Of a stretch of 64,000 nucleotides of DNA, positions 1 through 8,465 are shown in pieces. Position numbers and translations under genes: made by a program. The DNA comes from Gammaproteobacteria bacterium. GTDB lineage: Bacteria > Pseudomonadota > Gammaproteobacteria > GCA-001735895. The stretch lies in assembly GCA_029862125.1 (NCBI GenBank), contig JAOTXY010000008.1, forward strand, positions 1,411 to 65,410, given 5' to 3'. Below the pieces are notes generated by a model. It did not search any database. It was given only the letters and a program-made list of their open reading frames with translations, and was not told the origin of the DNA. How positions within the stretch are numbered: the first letter of the stretch is position 1; the number at the start of each line of letters is the position of its first letter.

Positions 1-352
1 GCGCAAGTTCCTCGACGCTGGCAAGTTCAAGCCGATCCTGACCATTCTGAAAGATCGTCCTGCGGCGTTTGCCGACGTACCGAGCCTGACCGACGCCGGT
101 CTGGATTTCGATCCGTTGTACCGTTTCCGCGGTTTCTACGTGCACAAGGCTACACCCGCCGATCGCGTGGAATGGTTGCAGTGGGCCTTCCAAAAGGCTT
201 ACTGCCAGGACAGCTACCAGAAATTTAACGAAAGCAAGTACATGACGCTGATCGAAAGCTATCGTGACACTGCCGGTTCAAAGGAACTGATCAAAACGAC
301 TGTCGGCCAGTACCGCGACGTCTACAAGAAAATGGGCCTCGAAGTTAAGTAA
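1..352 (+). CDS. tctC: Tripartite tricarboxylate transporter substrate-binding protein (TctC/Bug family), C-terminal part; the 5' end lies outside the window
   Basis: The ORF runs in frame from the window edge to the TAA at 350-352. Its C-terminal sequence is typical of the Bug/TctC family and it is followed by TctB- and TctA-like genes. Confidence 0.6.
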   Translation, partial: RKFLDAGKFKPILTILKDRPAAFADVPSLTDAGLDFDPLYRFRGFYVHKATPADRVEWLQWAFQKAYCQDSYQKFNESKYMTLIESYRDTAGSKELIKTTVGQYRDVYKKMGLEVK

Positions 353-379
353 CTTCGAAATGAAGCCTCACCGTCAAAC

Positions 380-413
380 AACGCCCGGGTACCTGCCCGG
401 GCGTTTTGATTTC
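380..413 (+). terminator. Stem-loop (AACGCCCGGG-tacctg-CCCGGGCGTT) followed by TTTGATTT; intrinsic terminator or attenuator between tctC and tctB
   Basis: A perfect 10-bp inverted repeat with a T-rich tail sits directly after the tctC stop codon. Confidence 0.55.
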
Positions 414-435
414 ATCGCCCGGGATCCAATGCGTC

Positions 436-1149
436 ATGGGTAAGCTGAGAACCGGGCACCTGGTAGAAGCCGGACTGTGGTTGTCGCTGTGCCTGGTGCT
501 CTACATCTATTCGTTCGAGTTCGACCAGGATATCGAAATTTACAAGTTTGGTGCCAGCGCCTGGCCGCGAACCATCATCCTGCTGATGGCCATCGCCGCG
601 ATCGGACAATTGGCGCACCACTGGGTCAAAGGAGATGAATCCTCGTCGGACATGATCAGTGCCGCGGTCGACGATGGTTCAGAGGAAGCCGCGCACGAGG
701 CACACCACGAAGGCCTCAAATGGTACCTGTCGACCCTCGCGCTGTTGACCATCCCGTTCATCTACATGCGTGTGCCGGACTGGATCGCGGCCGCGGTCAG
801 CGCCGAAGACAGTGGACTGCATCTTATCCGCATCGTCGTCGCCGCAATCCTGATTGCGATCGTGGTTTATTTCATCCGCCATCACCGGGTTCGCGTCGCG
901 CTGATGCTGCCGTTGTTTTTCGCCGCACTGCTGGAGGACTTCGGGTTCTACACGCTGGCACCATTTTTCATCATCGGCATCATGTACCTGTTCGGTGAAC
1001 GCCGACCGAAGCCGATGGCCTTGGTGATGGCGTTGATTTACGGCCTGTTGCTGCTGCTGTTCGTCAATATCCTGTTCGTCGGCCTGCCCGTCGGCAACAT
1101 CAAGCCCTTTTACGACATCGGCAGCTGGGTCGTAACGGTGCTGCAATAG
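436..1149 (+). CDS. tctB: TctB-family small membrane subunit of the tripartite tricarboxylate transporter
   Basis: The protein is hydrophobic with several TM helices and sits between the TctC-like and TctA-like genes. I take the ATG at 436 as the start; the TTG at 406 lies inside the upstream hairpin. Confidence 0.5.
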   Translation: MGKLRTGHLVEAGLWLSLCLVLYIYSFEFDQDIEIYKFGASAWPRTIILLMAIAAIGQLAHHWVKGDESSSDMISAAVDDGSEEAAHEAHHEGLKWYLSTLALLTIPFIYMRVPDWIAAAVSAEDSGLHLIRIVVAAILIAIVVYFIRHHRVRVALMLPLFFAALLEDFGFYTLAPFFIIGIMYLFGERRPKPMALVMALIYGLLLLLFVNILFVGLPVGNIKPFYDIGSWVVTVLQ

Positions 1150-1158
1150 GAATTGACG

Positions 1159-2673
1159 ATGGAAACATTCGATAATTTTCTGCAAGGCACAGTCACGCTA
1201 TTCAGCGACCCGATCGGCATCCTGATTTTCTTCGGCGGCGTCATCGGCGGCATGCTGTTCGGCGCAATTCCGGGCGTCAGCATGCTGACCCTTGCCGCGA
1301 TCCTGTTGCCGTTTACCGCGCACCTGTCGCCCGAGCACGGCATCATGCTGTTTTCGGTCATTTACTGTACCGGCGTCTACGGCGGCGCGATTACCGCTAT
1401 CCTGTTCAATATCCCGGGCGCACCGGAGAACGCTCCGACCGCTTTCGACGGCTACCCGATGACGCAAAACGGCCAGGCCGGCAAGGCAGTCGGCGCCGCG
1501 GTGATGTGCTCCGCAATCGGCGGTGTCGTCTCCTGTATCATCATGATGGCGGCGACCGCGGCGATCGCCGACTGGGCGATTTCCGCTTTCGGTCCACCTG
1601 AAATTTTTGCACTGGTATTCTTTGGCCTGGCGGTCGCGGCCTCGGTCGGCGCAAAGACCTTCTGGAAAGGCTGGCTATCGATCCTGATCGGACTGATGGT
1701 AGCGGTCGTCGGACTGGACCCGGTCGGTGGTATCGAGCGTTATGACTTCGAAATGCCTTACTTGCTCGCCGGCATTCATTTTATTCCGACCATCCTCGGC
1801 TTTTTCGCGGTCTCGGAAATTTTCGTGCAGGCCGAGAAAAAAGTTCGTGGTTCGTACGAAGCCCCCAAGATGGGGGTTGAGTTCCCGACCATGAAAGAAT
1901 TGATCGCACACAAGTTTGCCGTGATCCGCTCGATCGTAATCGGATTCTTCTGCGGTATTTTGCCAGGCATCGGCGCGACGCTGGCCGCATTCATGGGATA
2001 CAACGAGGCGGTGCGTTGGTCGAAAACACCGGAAGAGTTCGGCAAGGGTAAGCTCGAGGGCGTAATTTCGTCAGAAACCGCCAACAATGCCGCCACCGGC
2101 GCGGCAATGATCCCGCTGCTGGCGCTCGGATTACCGGGCGGCGCGCTCACCGCGATGATGGTCGGCGTGTTCCAGATGCACGACATGGAGCCCGGTCCGC
2201 TGGTGTTCATCAACAGCGCGGACCTGGTCTGGGTCGTGTTCGCCGCCATGTTTTTCGCCAATTTGTCGATCATCGTCATCGGCTTTCTCGAAACCAAGAC
2301 CATCATCAACCTGTTGCGCATTCCATTCCAGTTCCTGGCGCCGATGATACTGTTGCTGGCAACCGTTGGCGCCTACGCGGTGCGCGGCCTGACCATCGAT
2401 GTCGTGGTCATGTTTCTTGCCGGCGTGATCGGCTTTTTCCTGCGCCGTTCCGGCTACTCGGTTGCCGGCATCGTGCTCGGCCTGATTCTCGGCAAGATCG
2501 GCGAACAGACTTTTGCCCAGGCCATGCAGATGCTGCATTTCGAATGGAGCGGGTTCCTTGATCGCTGGATCGCGCTGGGCCTGCTGATTGCCGGCTTCCT
2601 GACGCTGTGCGGCAGCATCTACGGCGCGTTTTTCAAAAAGCATAAAAAAGCCTCAGTCGATTCGACCGCCTGA
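1159..2673 (+). CDS. tctA: Tripartite tricarboxylate transporter large permease TctA
   Basis: About 500 aa and polytopic, with TctA-typical motifs (GAIPGVSMLT..., GILPGIGATLAAFMGY). I take the ATG at 1159 as the start. Confidence 0.8.
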   Translation: METFDNFLQGTVTLFSDPIGILIFFGGVIGGMLFGAIPGVSMLTLAAILLPFTAHLSPEHGIMLFSVIYCTGVYGGAITAILFNIPGAPENAPTAFDGYPMTQNGQAGKAVGAAVMCSAIGGVVSCIIMMAATAAIADWAISAFGPPEIFALVFFGLAVAASVGAKTFWKGWLSILIGLMVAVVGLDPVGGIERYDFEMPYLLAGIHFIPTILGFFAVSEIFVQAEKKVRGSYEAPKMGVEFPTMKELIAHKFAVIRSIVIGFFCGILPGIGATLAAFMGYNEAVRWSKTPEEFGKGKLEGVISSETANNAATGAAMIPLLALGLPGGALTAMMVGVFQMHDMEPGPLVFINSADLVWVVFAAMFFANLSIIVIGFLETKTIINLLRIPFQFLAPMILLLATVGAYAVRGLTIDVVVMFLAGVIGFFLRRSGYSVAGIVLGLILGKIGEQTFAQAMQMLHFEWSGFLDRWIALGLLIAGFLTLCGSIYGAFFKKHKKASVDSTA

Positions 2674-2692
2674 CGTCACCTCCGTCCCTTTG

Positions 2693-3022
2693 TTAACCGA
2701 GCCAGGCGACCAGCCCGGACAGGCTGACGCCCCCGGCGACCACGCCCGCGACCAGTCGACGACGGAACAGGAAGTACGCCGCGAAGGCAATAATTACCGA
2801 GGCCACGCGAATCTCGATCGACACCGCGGCCAGCTGGCTTTCCGGCAGTATGATCATGCGAAACACAAGGCCCGCCACCATGGCGTAGGAAACACAGGTA
2901 ACCCACTGGAAAAAAGCGCCGCTGGAATCGATTCGCTTGACTACGACAACACCGAGCGCACGCCAGATGAAGGTCGCCGCGGCACAACCGAGCACTATGA
3001 TCCAGAAAGTCTCAGCGCCCAT
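2693..3022 (-). CDS. azlD: Branched-chain amino acid transport protein AzlD
   Basis: A small hydrophobic protein of about 109 aa directly downstream of, and overlapping, the AzlC-like gene. The internal ATG is taken as the start so that the overlap with azlC is short. Confidence 0.55.
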   Translation of the reverse strand: MGAETFWIIVLGCAAATFIWRALGVVVVKRIDSSGAFFQWVTCVSYAMVAGLVFRMIILPESQLAAVSIEIRVASVIIAFAAYFLFRRRLVAGVVAGGVSLSGLVAWLG

Positions 3023-3743
3023 GGCCACTCTTCCACGATCGTCCCACGGCGAATCCAACGCTTCCCCCGACGATCCCGGCAATCAGCAGGTCGACCGAGG
3101 GGAACAGGGTGTGTGCGATCGAAATCGTAGCGCAGCCGAGGATCATCGAAAACCGTTCCGCCCGCCCAGCCACCCCCAACAGCACCAGCGCAAAAAAAAG
3201 TGGGCTGATAAAAATCAAGCCGAGCATCATCACCGCCGGCAGCAGCACGGAACCGTGGTAGCCTACCAGGGTACCGATCACCGCCGCGAGTAGGATCGAA
3301 CTCGCAAAAGTCAAATAGTAGCGATGCCGAAATTCCGACTCGATGCCGGGAAACTCGCGCAGGCAAACCGCCCAGGAATTAATCGACAGCAACTGCGCGT
3401 CGAGCAGCATGCCGCCGAGGCCCGAGCGACCGCGCGACATGGCCGGCACGAAAGACACCACCATCGGCAGGAAGCGCGCGTTGGCGAGTGAGCAGGCGAA
3501 TACAATCGCGATAATGCCCTGCCCGGTCGCAGTCAGCTCGACCATGGCGAGCTGGCCGGGCAGACCCCAGATCAGTAACGACGACAAAGCGGACATTTCC
3601 GCGCTGAAGCCCGCGCCACGCGCAAGCGATCCGAATCCCATCATCGTAAAGAACAGGATAAAGGCTGGTAGCGAAAGCGCGTCCAACATCGCCTTGCGCA
3701 TTACCGCATTGTTCCCGGTAACCATTGTGGTCAACTTTTCCAT
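3012..3743 (-). CDS. azlC: AzlC-family branched-chain amino acid permease
   Basis: 243 aa and polytopic. The N-terminal region matches the AzlC family (LPAFILFFTMMGFGSLA...GLPGQLAMVEL) and the gene is paired with an AzlD-like gene. Confidence 0.7.
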   Translation of the reverse strand: MEKLTTMVTGNNAVMRKAMLDALSLPAFILFFTMMGFGSLARGAGFSAEMSALSSLLIWGLPGQLAMVELTATGQGIIAIVFACSLANARFLPMVVSFVPAMSRGRSGLGGMLLDAQLLSINSWAVCLREFPGIESEFRHRYYLTFASSILLAAVIGTLVGYHGSVLLPAVMMLGLIFISPLFFALVLLGVAGRAERFSMILGCATISIAHTLFPSVDLLIAGIVGGSVGFAVGRSWKSGHGR

Positions 3744-3773
3744 CGGGCAATCAGCGCCATTTAAAAATCCGCA

Positions 3774-4703
3774 TTATAGAAATACGAGCCATGCGCTTAC
3801 CGTAAACACTGAAATAATTGTGGACAGCAAAACCGTACTCGCCGCCGCGTCGAGACCCCGGTTATACATGCTGGCGAATAGATAGGCATTCAATCCGGGT
3901 GCCATCGCCGACATCAGCACGATCGACTTGATGGTCGTTTCGGGCAACTGCAGTTGCATACCGAGAAAAAGCGTAAGCGCGGGTTGCACCACCAGGGACA
4001 GCAGCGAGATGAATCCGGCCTCCCCTATCGATTTGGAAAGGGTGTAGCGCGTTAATACCCCCCCTAGCGCAAACAGCGCCACGGGCAGCGATGCCCGTGC
4101 CAGCAAATCGACCGCTGCTATCAAGGGCCCGGGCAAGCCAATCCCGCCCAGGTTGACAATAAATCCTAGTCCGATACCGATCATCAGGCTATTGCGAAAC
4201 ATTGCCTTGAGTACGATGCGCGTGGTCTCTGCAGCACCGCGGCCATCGGCGCGCAACAGTTCCATCGCGGTGATTCCGATCAAGTAGCAAATCGGCGCGT
4301 TTACCGAGACCAGGGCAAAGTTCGGCGCCATGCTGTCCGCACCCCAGGCTCGCTCCGAAATCGGCAGGCCCAGCAGCACCAGGTTTGAAAACAAGGCTGC
4401 AAATGCAACGCCTACCGCTTCCCCGGGGCGGCGTTTGAAAAAATTTTTAACCACGAAAAAAGTAACTGTGAAGCTGGCGATTGCAGCGGCGTAGTAAGCG
4501 AACATCATACGCCAGTCGAATGCGGCAGCCAGGTCGATGGTCGAGGTTGCGCGAAACAGCAGGCAGGGAATCGCGAACTGGATCGCAAACTTCATCAGGT
4601 GGTCGATCGGCTCGTCAGCGATGATGCCGCCCCTGACCGCCAGGTAACCCGCGCCGACGACGAGAAAAACCGGGGCTACGATGTCGAGGATTTCAACCAG
4701 CAC
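3774..4703 (-). CDS. AEC-family (auxin efflux carrier / malate permease-like) transporter
   Basis: 309 aa with about 10 TM helices. The N-terminus (ILDIVAPVFLVVGAGYLAVR) is typical of the AEC family. Confidence 0.65.
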   Translation of the reverse strand: MLVEILDIVAPVFLVVGAGYLAVRGGIIADEPIDHLMKFAIQFAIPCLLFRATSTIDLAAAFDWRMMFAYYAAAIASFTVTFFVVKNFFKRRPGEAVGVAFAALFSNLVLLGLPISERAWGADSMAPNFALVSVNAPICYLIGITAMELLRADGRGAAETTRIVLKAMFRNSLMIGIGLGFIVNLGGIGLPGPLIAAVDLLARASLPVALFALGGVLTRYTLSKSIGEAGFISLLSLVVQPALTLFLGMQLQLPETTIKSIVLMSAMAPGLNAYLFASMYNRGLDAAASTVLLSTIISVFTVSAWLVFL

Positions 4704-4791
4704 TCAGGGTTCCAGTTCGACAAGTCCGCTGGCACTTCGTGAGTGCATACCGGGGGTGGGAATGAAGCATTAAAGTGCCTGCTTTATATTG

Positions 4792-5667
4792 TTATTGAAC
4801 CTGTCTTTTACGCGCTCGTTCGGCATCGAGCAAGGCGCGTTTGCGTTCCAGGCCCCAGCGATAACCGCCAAGTCCTCCATCTCCGCGCAGAATTCGATGA
4901 CATGGTACCAGCACCGCTACGCGGTTCGCCCCGCAGGCCGATGCCGCGGCCCGCGCGGCTTTGGGCCTCTCGATCGCCTGTGCCAATTCGGAATAACTGA
5001 GCACGTCGCCATCCCGAAGACTCAGCAGGAATTCCCAGACCTTGATTTGAAATGCGGTGCCCTGTAAATCGAGCGGTACCTCCGGGCGCGGTTGCTTATT
5101 CTGGATGTAGGCGTTAAGCGCGTCAATCCATTGCCCGAGTTGCGTCGAAGAATCATCGGTGAATTGGCGTAGCTCGGCCTGTGGGAATTCTCGTTGCAAT
5201 TGCTGCAACAACTTGTCGCAGCTGTCACCGAACTGGGCGAAGCAAACCCCGCGATCAGTCGCGGCCATCAGGATTGGCCCCAGCACGGTGTCACGGCAGG
5301 CCCAGGTCAGAATTTCACCTTTGCCGCCGGCGCGGTAGCGCGCCGGTGTCATGCCGATATTATGCATGGTCTGGCCATAAACACGACTCGTCGATCCGTA
5401 ACCTGCCTCGTAAATAGCGTCGGTGATATCGATGCCGGAACGCAACAGGGATTTAAAGCGCTCGCTGCGAGCCGCTTGCTGGAATTTCTTCGGTGACACG
5501 CCGAAGATCGAGTTAAATACACGCTGCATCCTCGATGGCGAAAGGTGCACTCGCGCGGCTAGCGTTTCCAGGGTTAGTGATTCGTCCGCGTTGGCGGCAA
5601 TGTAGCGTGCCAACTCAATGAACTTGCTAATCGTTTTATCGTGTTGCTGTGACATCGCATTAATCAT
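4792..5667 (-). CDS. Ada-like bifunctional protein: AraC-type HTH regulator fused to methylated-DNA--protein-cysteine methyltransferase (MGMT)
   Basis: The N-terminal half has an AraC HTH signature. The C-terminal half carries the MGMT active-site motif PCHRIL and its DNA-binding domain. Confidence 0.75.
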   Translation of the reverse strand: MINAMSQQHDKTISKFIELARYIAANADESLTLETLAARVHLSPSRMQRVFNSIFGVSPKKFQQAARSERFKSLLRSGIDITDAIYEAGYGSTSRVYGQTMHNIGMTPARYRAGGKGEILTWACRDTVLGPILMAATDRGVCFAQFGDSCDKLLQQLQREFPQAELRQFTDDSSTQLGQWIDALNAYIQNKQPRPEVPLDLQGTAFQIKVWEFLLSLRDGDVLSYSELAQAIERPKAARAAASACGANRVAVLVPCHRILRGDGGLGGYRWGLERKRALLDAERARKRQVQ

Positions 5668-5804
5668 ACTCTCAATAGTTGAATATGATCACTATGTTAG
5701 TGAAACCGCGTTGCTGAAACTCTCCGTTTATTGCTGTTGTTTAGAGGCGCTTGCCGAAAGAATACCAGTAACTGCTATCGGATTACTTTTAAATGAAGTT
5801 TTTA

Positions 5805-7394
5805 CTAGTCGACCGTAATCCCTGCATCTGCCAGCAACCGGCGCGCATATTCGACCGGGACACCAAAATTGGAACCGCCATATTCAGGAATAATCGCGGT
5901 GTTAATCGCGATTGTATTGCCGTCAATATCGAGTACCGGCCCACCACTACCGCCATGCGTGGTGTCAGCATCGTAAACCACGGTTGATTCAGAACGCTGA
6001 CCGACAATACCCCGGCTCGCGAGCGGACGAATAAACTGTGCCCGCGACAGGCGTTCGGCGACCTCCCATGAATCGAGACTCTCATCGGCCTGTAATTCAG
6101 CCAGGAAATCATCCCCTGTTTGCGCCAGCATCGAACGCATGCCGGTTGGATATCCCATGACGATAACCTCGTCCCCGGGCGCGGGTAGTCGAGTGCTGAA
6201 ATCCAGGTACGGCAGGCCATCGACGACTTCACTGCATTGCAGGACCGCGAGGTCGGCCTCGTCGCTGGCCTTGAGTAATTCAACCGGAAACGCGGCCTCG
6301 ATGCCGGGCAGGTAACCCACGAACTTGATCAATACCGGTTCCATTCCGGCTGCAATCAACGCTTCGTCACTGGTATCCTCTTCCCACGGCAAAGCGACAT
6401 GTCGGTTGCTTAATAGCGCCCCACTCTTATTGATTATGAAACCGGTACCGGTGAATCGTCGTTCAGCGATGCCGCCCTCGCCTTCCAGGGTCAGCAGCGG
6501 TTGACCGCGTAACGTGAACAATGTGTTGCCTTCCGCATCGACCTGGTAACGCAGCATGCGATCGGTTTCGTTATCACGAAAGCCATAAGCACCCTGTAAA
6601 AACACGATCGCACGGGTTGCCTCGGCAATGATGCGGGTGCTTGCCGCGGAGCGCTGTTCCAACAACTCGAGTCTTTCGGCGGCGGCGCTCAGCGAGTGGC
6701 CCAATTCCTGGCGCAATTGATTGAGATCAGACGGGCGCAGGGCTTCGCGGTTGGTGCGTGTCAAAGCGCGGGCGAAATCTTCGAGCTTATGCGCACTAGT
6801 CTCGGCCTGTTGCTGTAACAGGAGGCCGGAGCGGTACTGCTGGTAGACAATCACTGCGAGTGCCACCAGTGCGAGAATCACGCTGGCGCGAAATAAAATT
6901 GTTGTCTTGAGCGCAAAGTCCACGCATAAATCTCGAAACGCTTTTTGCAGGCGCGCAAATCGGGGCTGACGGCTGACGCGGGTGTAATCGATGACATCGT
7001 CGAGCATATCGCCGAGTGAACGTCTGACCCGGTCACCCTGGTGGTGGAGACGGTAGCGCGATAGTGGACCCTTATCACCAAATTCTATCAGGTCGCGCTG
7101 TTCCAGCTGTTTCGAGTTGACGCGTTCACCATTTATCCAGAGTGGATTTTGTTCGCGCGCCTCGATCTCGTAACCATCACCGGATCGATGCAAGCGCGCG
7201 ACAACGCCATCCCGAAGCGGTTCGCTGCCCGCCTCGGCGACGCGAATCATGTCTTCCTCGTTCAGCGATATATCGAGCGCGCTGCCGCTCAACCAGGACG
7301 CGGTGCCACGCGCTGGTCCGGTCAGAATTTCCAGCGAAGCAGGCGCATTGAGTTTATTCTCAGCGCTGTTGTTGTTTTCAACCATCGCGTTCAT
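5805..7394 (-). CDS. Membrane protein with an N-terminal FHA domain, one TM helix, a coiled-coil region and a C-terminal trypsin-like (S1/Deg-like) serine protease domain
   Basis: Residues ~20-120 look like an FHA domain (...NPLWINGERV...DLIEFGD). A single TM segment follows (ILFRASVILALVALAVIVY). The C-terminus has chymotrypsin-fold motifs (GTGFIINKSGALLSNRHV ... HGGSGGPVLD). Confidence 0.7.
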   Translation of the reverse strand: MNAMVENNNSAENKLNAPASLEILTGPARGTASWLSGSALDISLNEEDMIRVAEAGSEPLRDGVVARLHRSGDGYEIEAREQNPLWINGERVNSKQLEQRDLIEFGDKGPLSRYRLHHQGDRVRRSLGDMLDDVIDYTRVSRQPRFARLQKAFRDLCVDFALKTTILFRASVILALVALAVIVYQQYRSGLLLQQQAETSAHKLEDFARALTRTNREALRPSDLNQLRQELGHSLSAAAERLELLEQRSAASTRIIAEATRAIVFLQGAYGFRDNETDRMLRYQVDAEGNTLFTLRGQPLLTLEGEGGIAERRFTGTGFIINKSGALLSNRHVALPWEEDTSDEALIAAGMEPVLIKFVGYLPGIEAAFPVELLKASDEADLAVLQCSEVVDGLPYLDFSTRLPAPGDEVIVMGYPTGMRSMLAQTGDDFLAELQADESLDSWEVAERLSRAQFIRPLASRGIVGQRSESTVVYDADTTHGGSGGPVLDIDGNTIAINTAIIPEYGGSNFGVPVEYARRLLADAGITVD

Positions 7395-7480
7395 CCATTA
7401 CCGACTTGAACCGTGAACTGCACTCGCGATTTGCATATACCTTAGTCACCCCGGGTAGAGGACGGGGATCAATTCCTGGC

Positions 7481-7987
7481 TTAAAAACTCTGCTGCGGAA
7501 CCATGGCGTCACCAACCGGCCATACCGCATCGGTCATCCACATACCGTCGAATTCTCCATCAATTTGTTTGCTCAGGCGAAACGCAAACACGATCTCGAT
7601 GCCATTTTTCCCCTTCAACTGCACCAATTGGTAAGCATTGTTATCGTCATAGACGACTTTACTGAAATTGCTCTCGGCGTGATCAACCATGATCCCGTAA
7701 ACATCGTTTTTAACCATTTGCGTAAACTTGTCCAGTGGACCAGTGTTAACCTTGTTGGCCGGCGAGGCAAATGCAAAGGTGGTGGCAATGCCAGCATCGA
7801 CGAATGGCCTGTCGTTATTGGCGAGCGCGTTAATCACAATGCTTACGACATCCTGGGGTTCAAGGCCCACCTCGGGTTGGGGTATCGCGGCCTGATCAGG
7901 GTTGTTTGATAGTGCTGCATGCAGTGGTGCTGCGCACAACCAAGTCAAAATCAGCGCCGTTATTGACGCATATTTGTATCTGTACAT
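7481..7987 (-). CDS. Secreted hypothetical protein, DUF4864-like
   Basis: It has a signal peptide (MYRYKYASITALILTWLCAAPLHA). The mature part has a ...TFAFASP... core reminiscent of DUF4864. The start is taken at the internal ATG that gives a canonical signal peptide. Confidence 0.45.
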   Translation of the reverse strand: MYRYKYASITALILTWLCAAPLHAALSNNPDQAAIPQPEVGLEPQDVVSIVINALANNDRPFVDAGIATTFAFASPANKVNTGPLDKFTQMVKNDVYGIMVDHAESNFSKVVYDDNNAYQLVQLKGKNGIEIVFAFRLSKQIDGEFDGMWMTDAVWPVGDAMVPQQSF

Positions 7988-8465
7988 AGTAATGACCTCC
8001 AGCACTAAGAATACGCCTTCCCGGAGACGTTGTCAGTCAGGCGCTAGCTGGAGAGCTGTCGCTATCCGATGCAAAGCCCTATACCGCGCCGATGAGAATC
8101 ATTCTCGCTTTTTTACAACGGCTGCCGTTAATGCCGGTTAAGGCGGATATCAATCTCAAAACCACATATCTTTTAACAGAGTTCATTAGCTATCAACTCC
8201 CTGCTTGTAAAGCCTCAATCCCGAGGCGGGGACTCAAAACAAACACCGAGGTAAAGGTTGGAAACCATTTAACTCGTTCAGCTTTGGTTCATTGATAACC
8301 GCTAGACTTGTACAGGCCTGGCAGCGCAGCCGAAAAACTGTTGATTTTGCGGGATAAGACCGCTAAGGTGTTGCGATACCGAAGGTTGCGGACATCGAAA
8401 ATATAATAAGATCCCGGCCAATAACTAAAACTAGAGTCACGATAAACAGCCGAGAAATTCCTACC

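Noticed and set aside
406-435. TTG start proposed by the ORF track for tctB
   Set aside because: The TTG lies inside the terminator hairpin. The ATG at 436 gives a sensible N-terminus.
679-1185. 168-aa ORF on the minus strand overlapping tctB
   Set aside because: It is antisense to a well-supported membrane-protein gene. Its composition is Asp/Gln/His/Arg-rich and low-complexity, typical of a mirror-frame artefact in GC-rich DNA.
1776-2643. Minus-strand ORFs of 181 aa and 170 aa inside tctA
   Set aside because: They are antisense to a strongly supported TctA gene and show no motifs.
2690-3366. Several overlapping ORFs (146, 118 and 123 aa) on both strands over azlD/azlC
   Set aside because: They overlap the AzlC/AzlD genes. 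Their sequences are Arg/Pro-rich and have no family resemblance.
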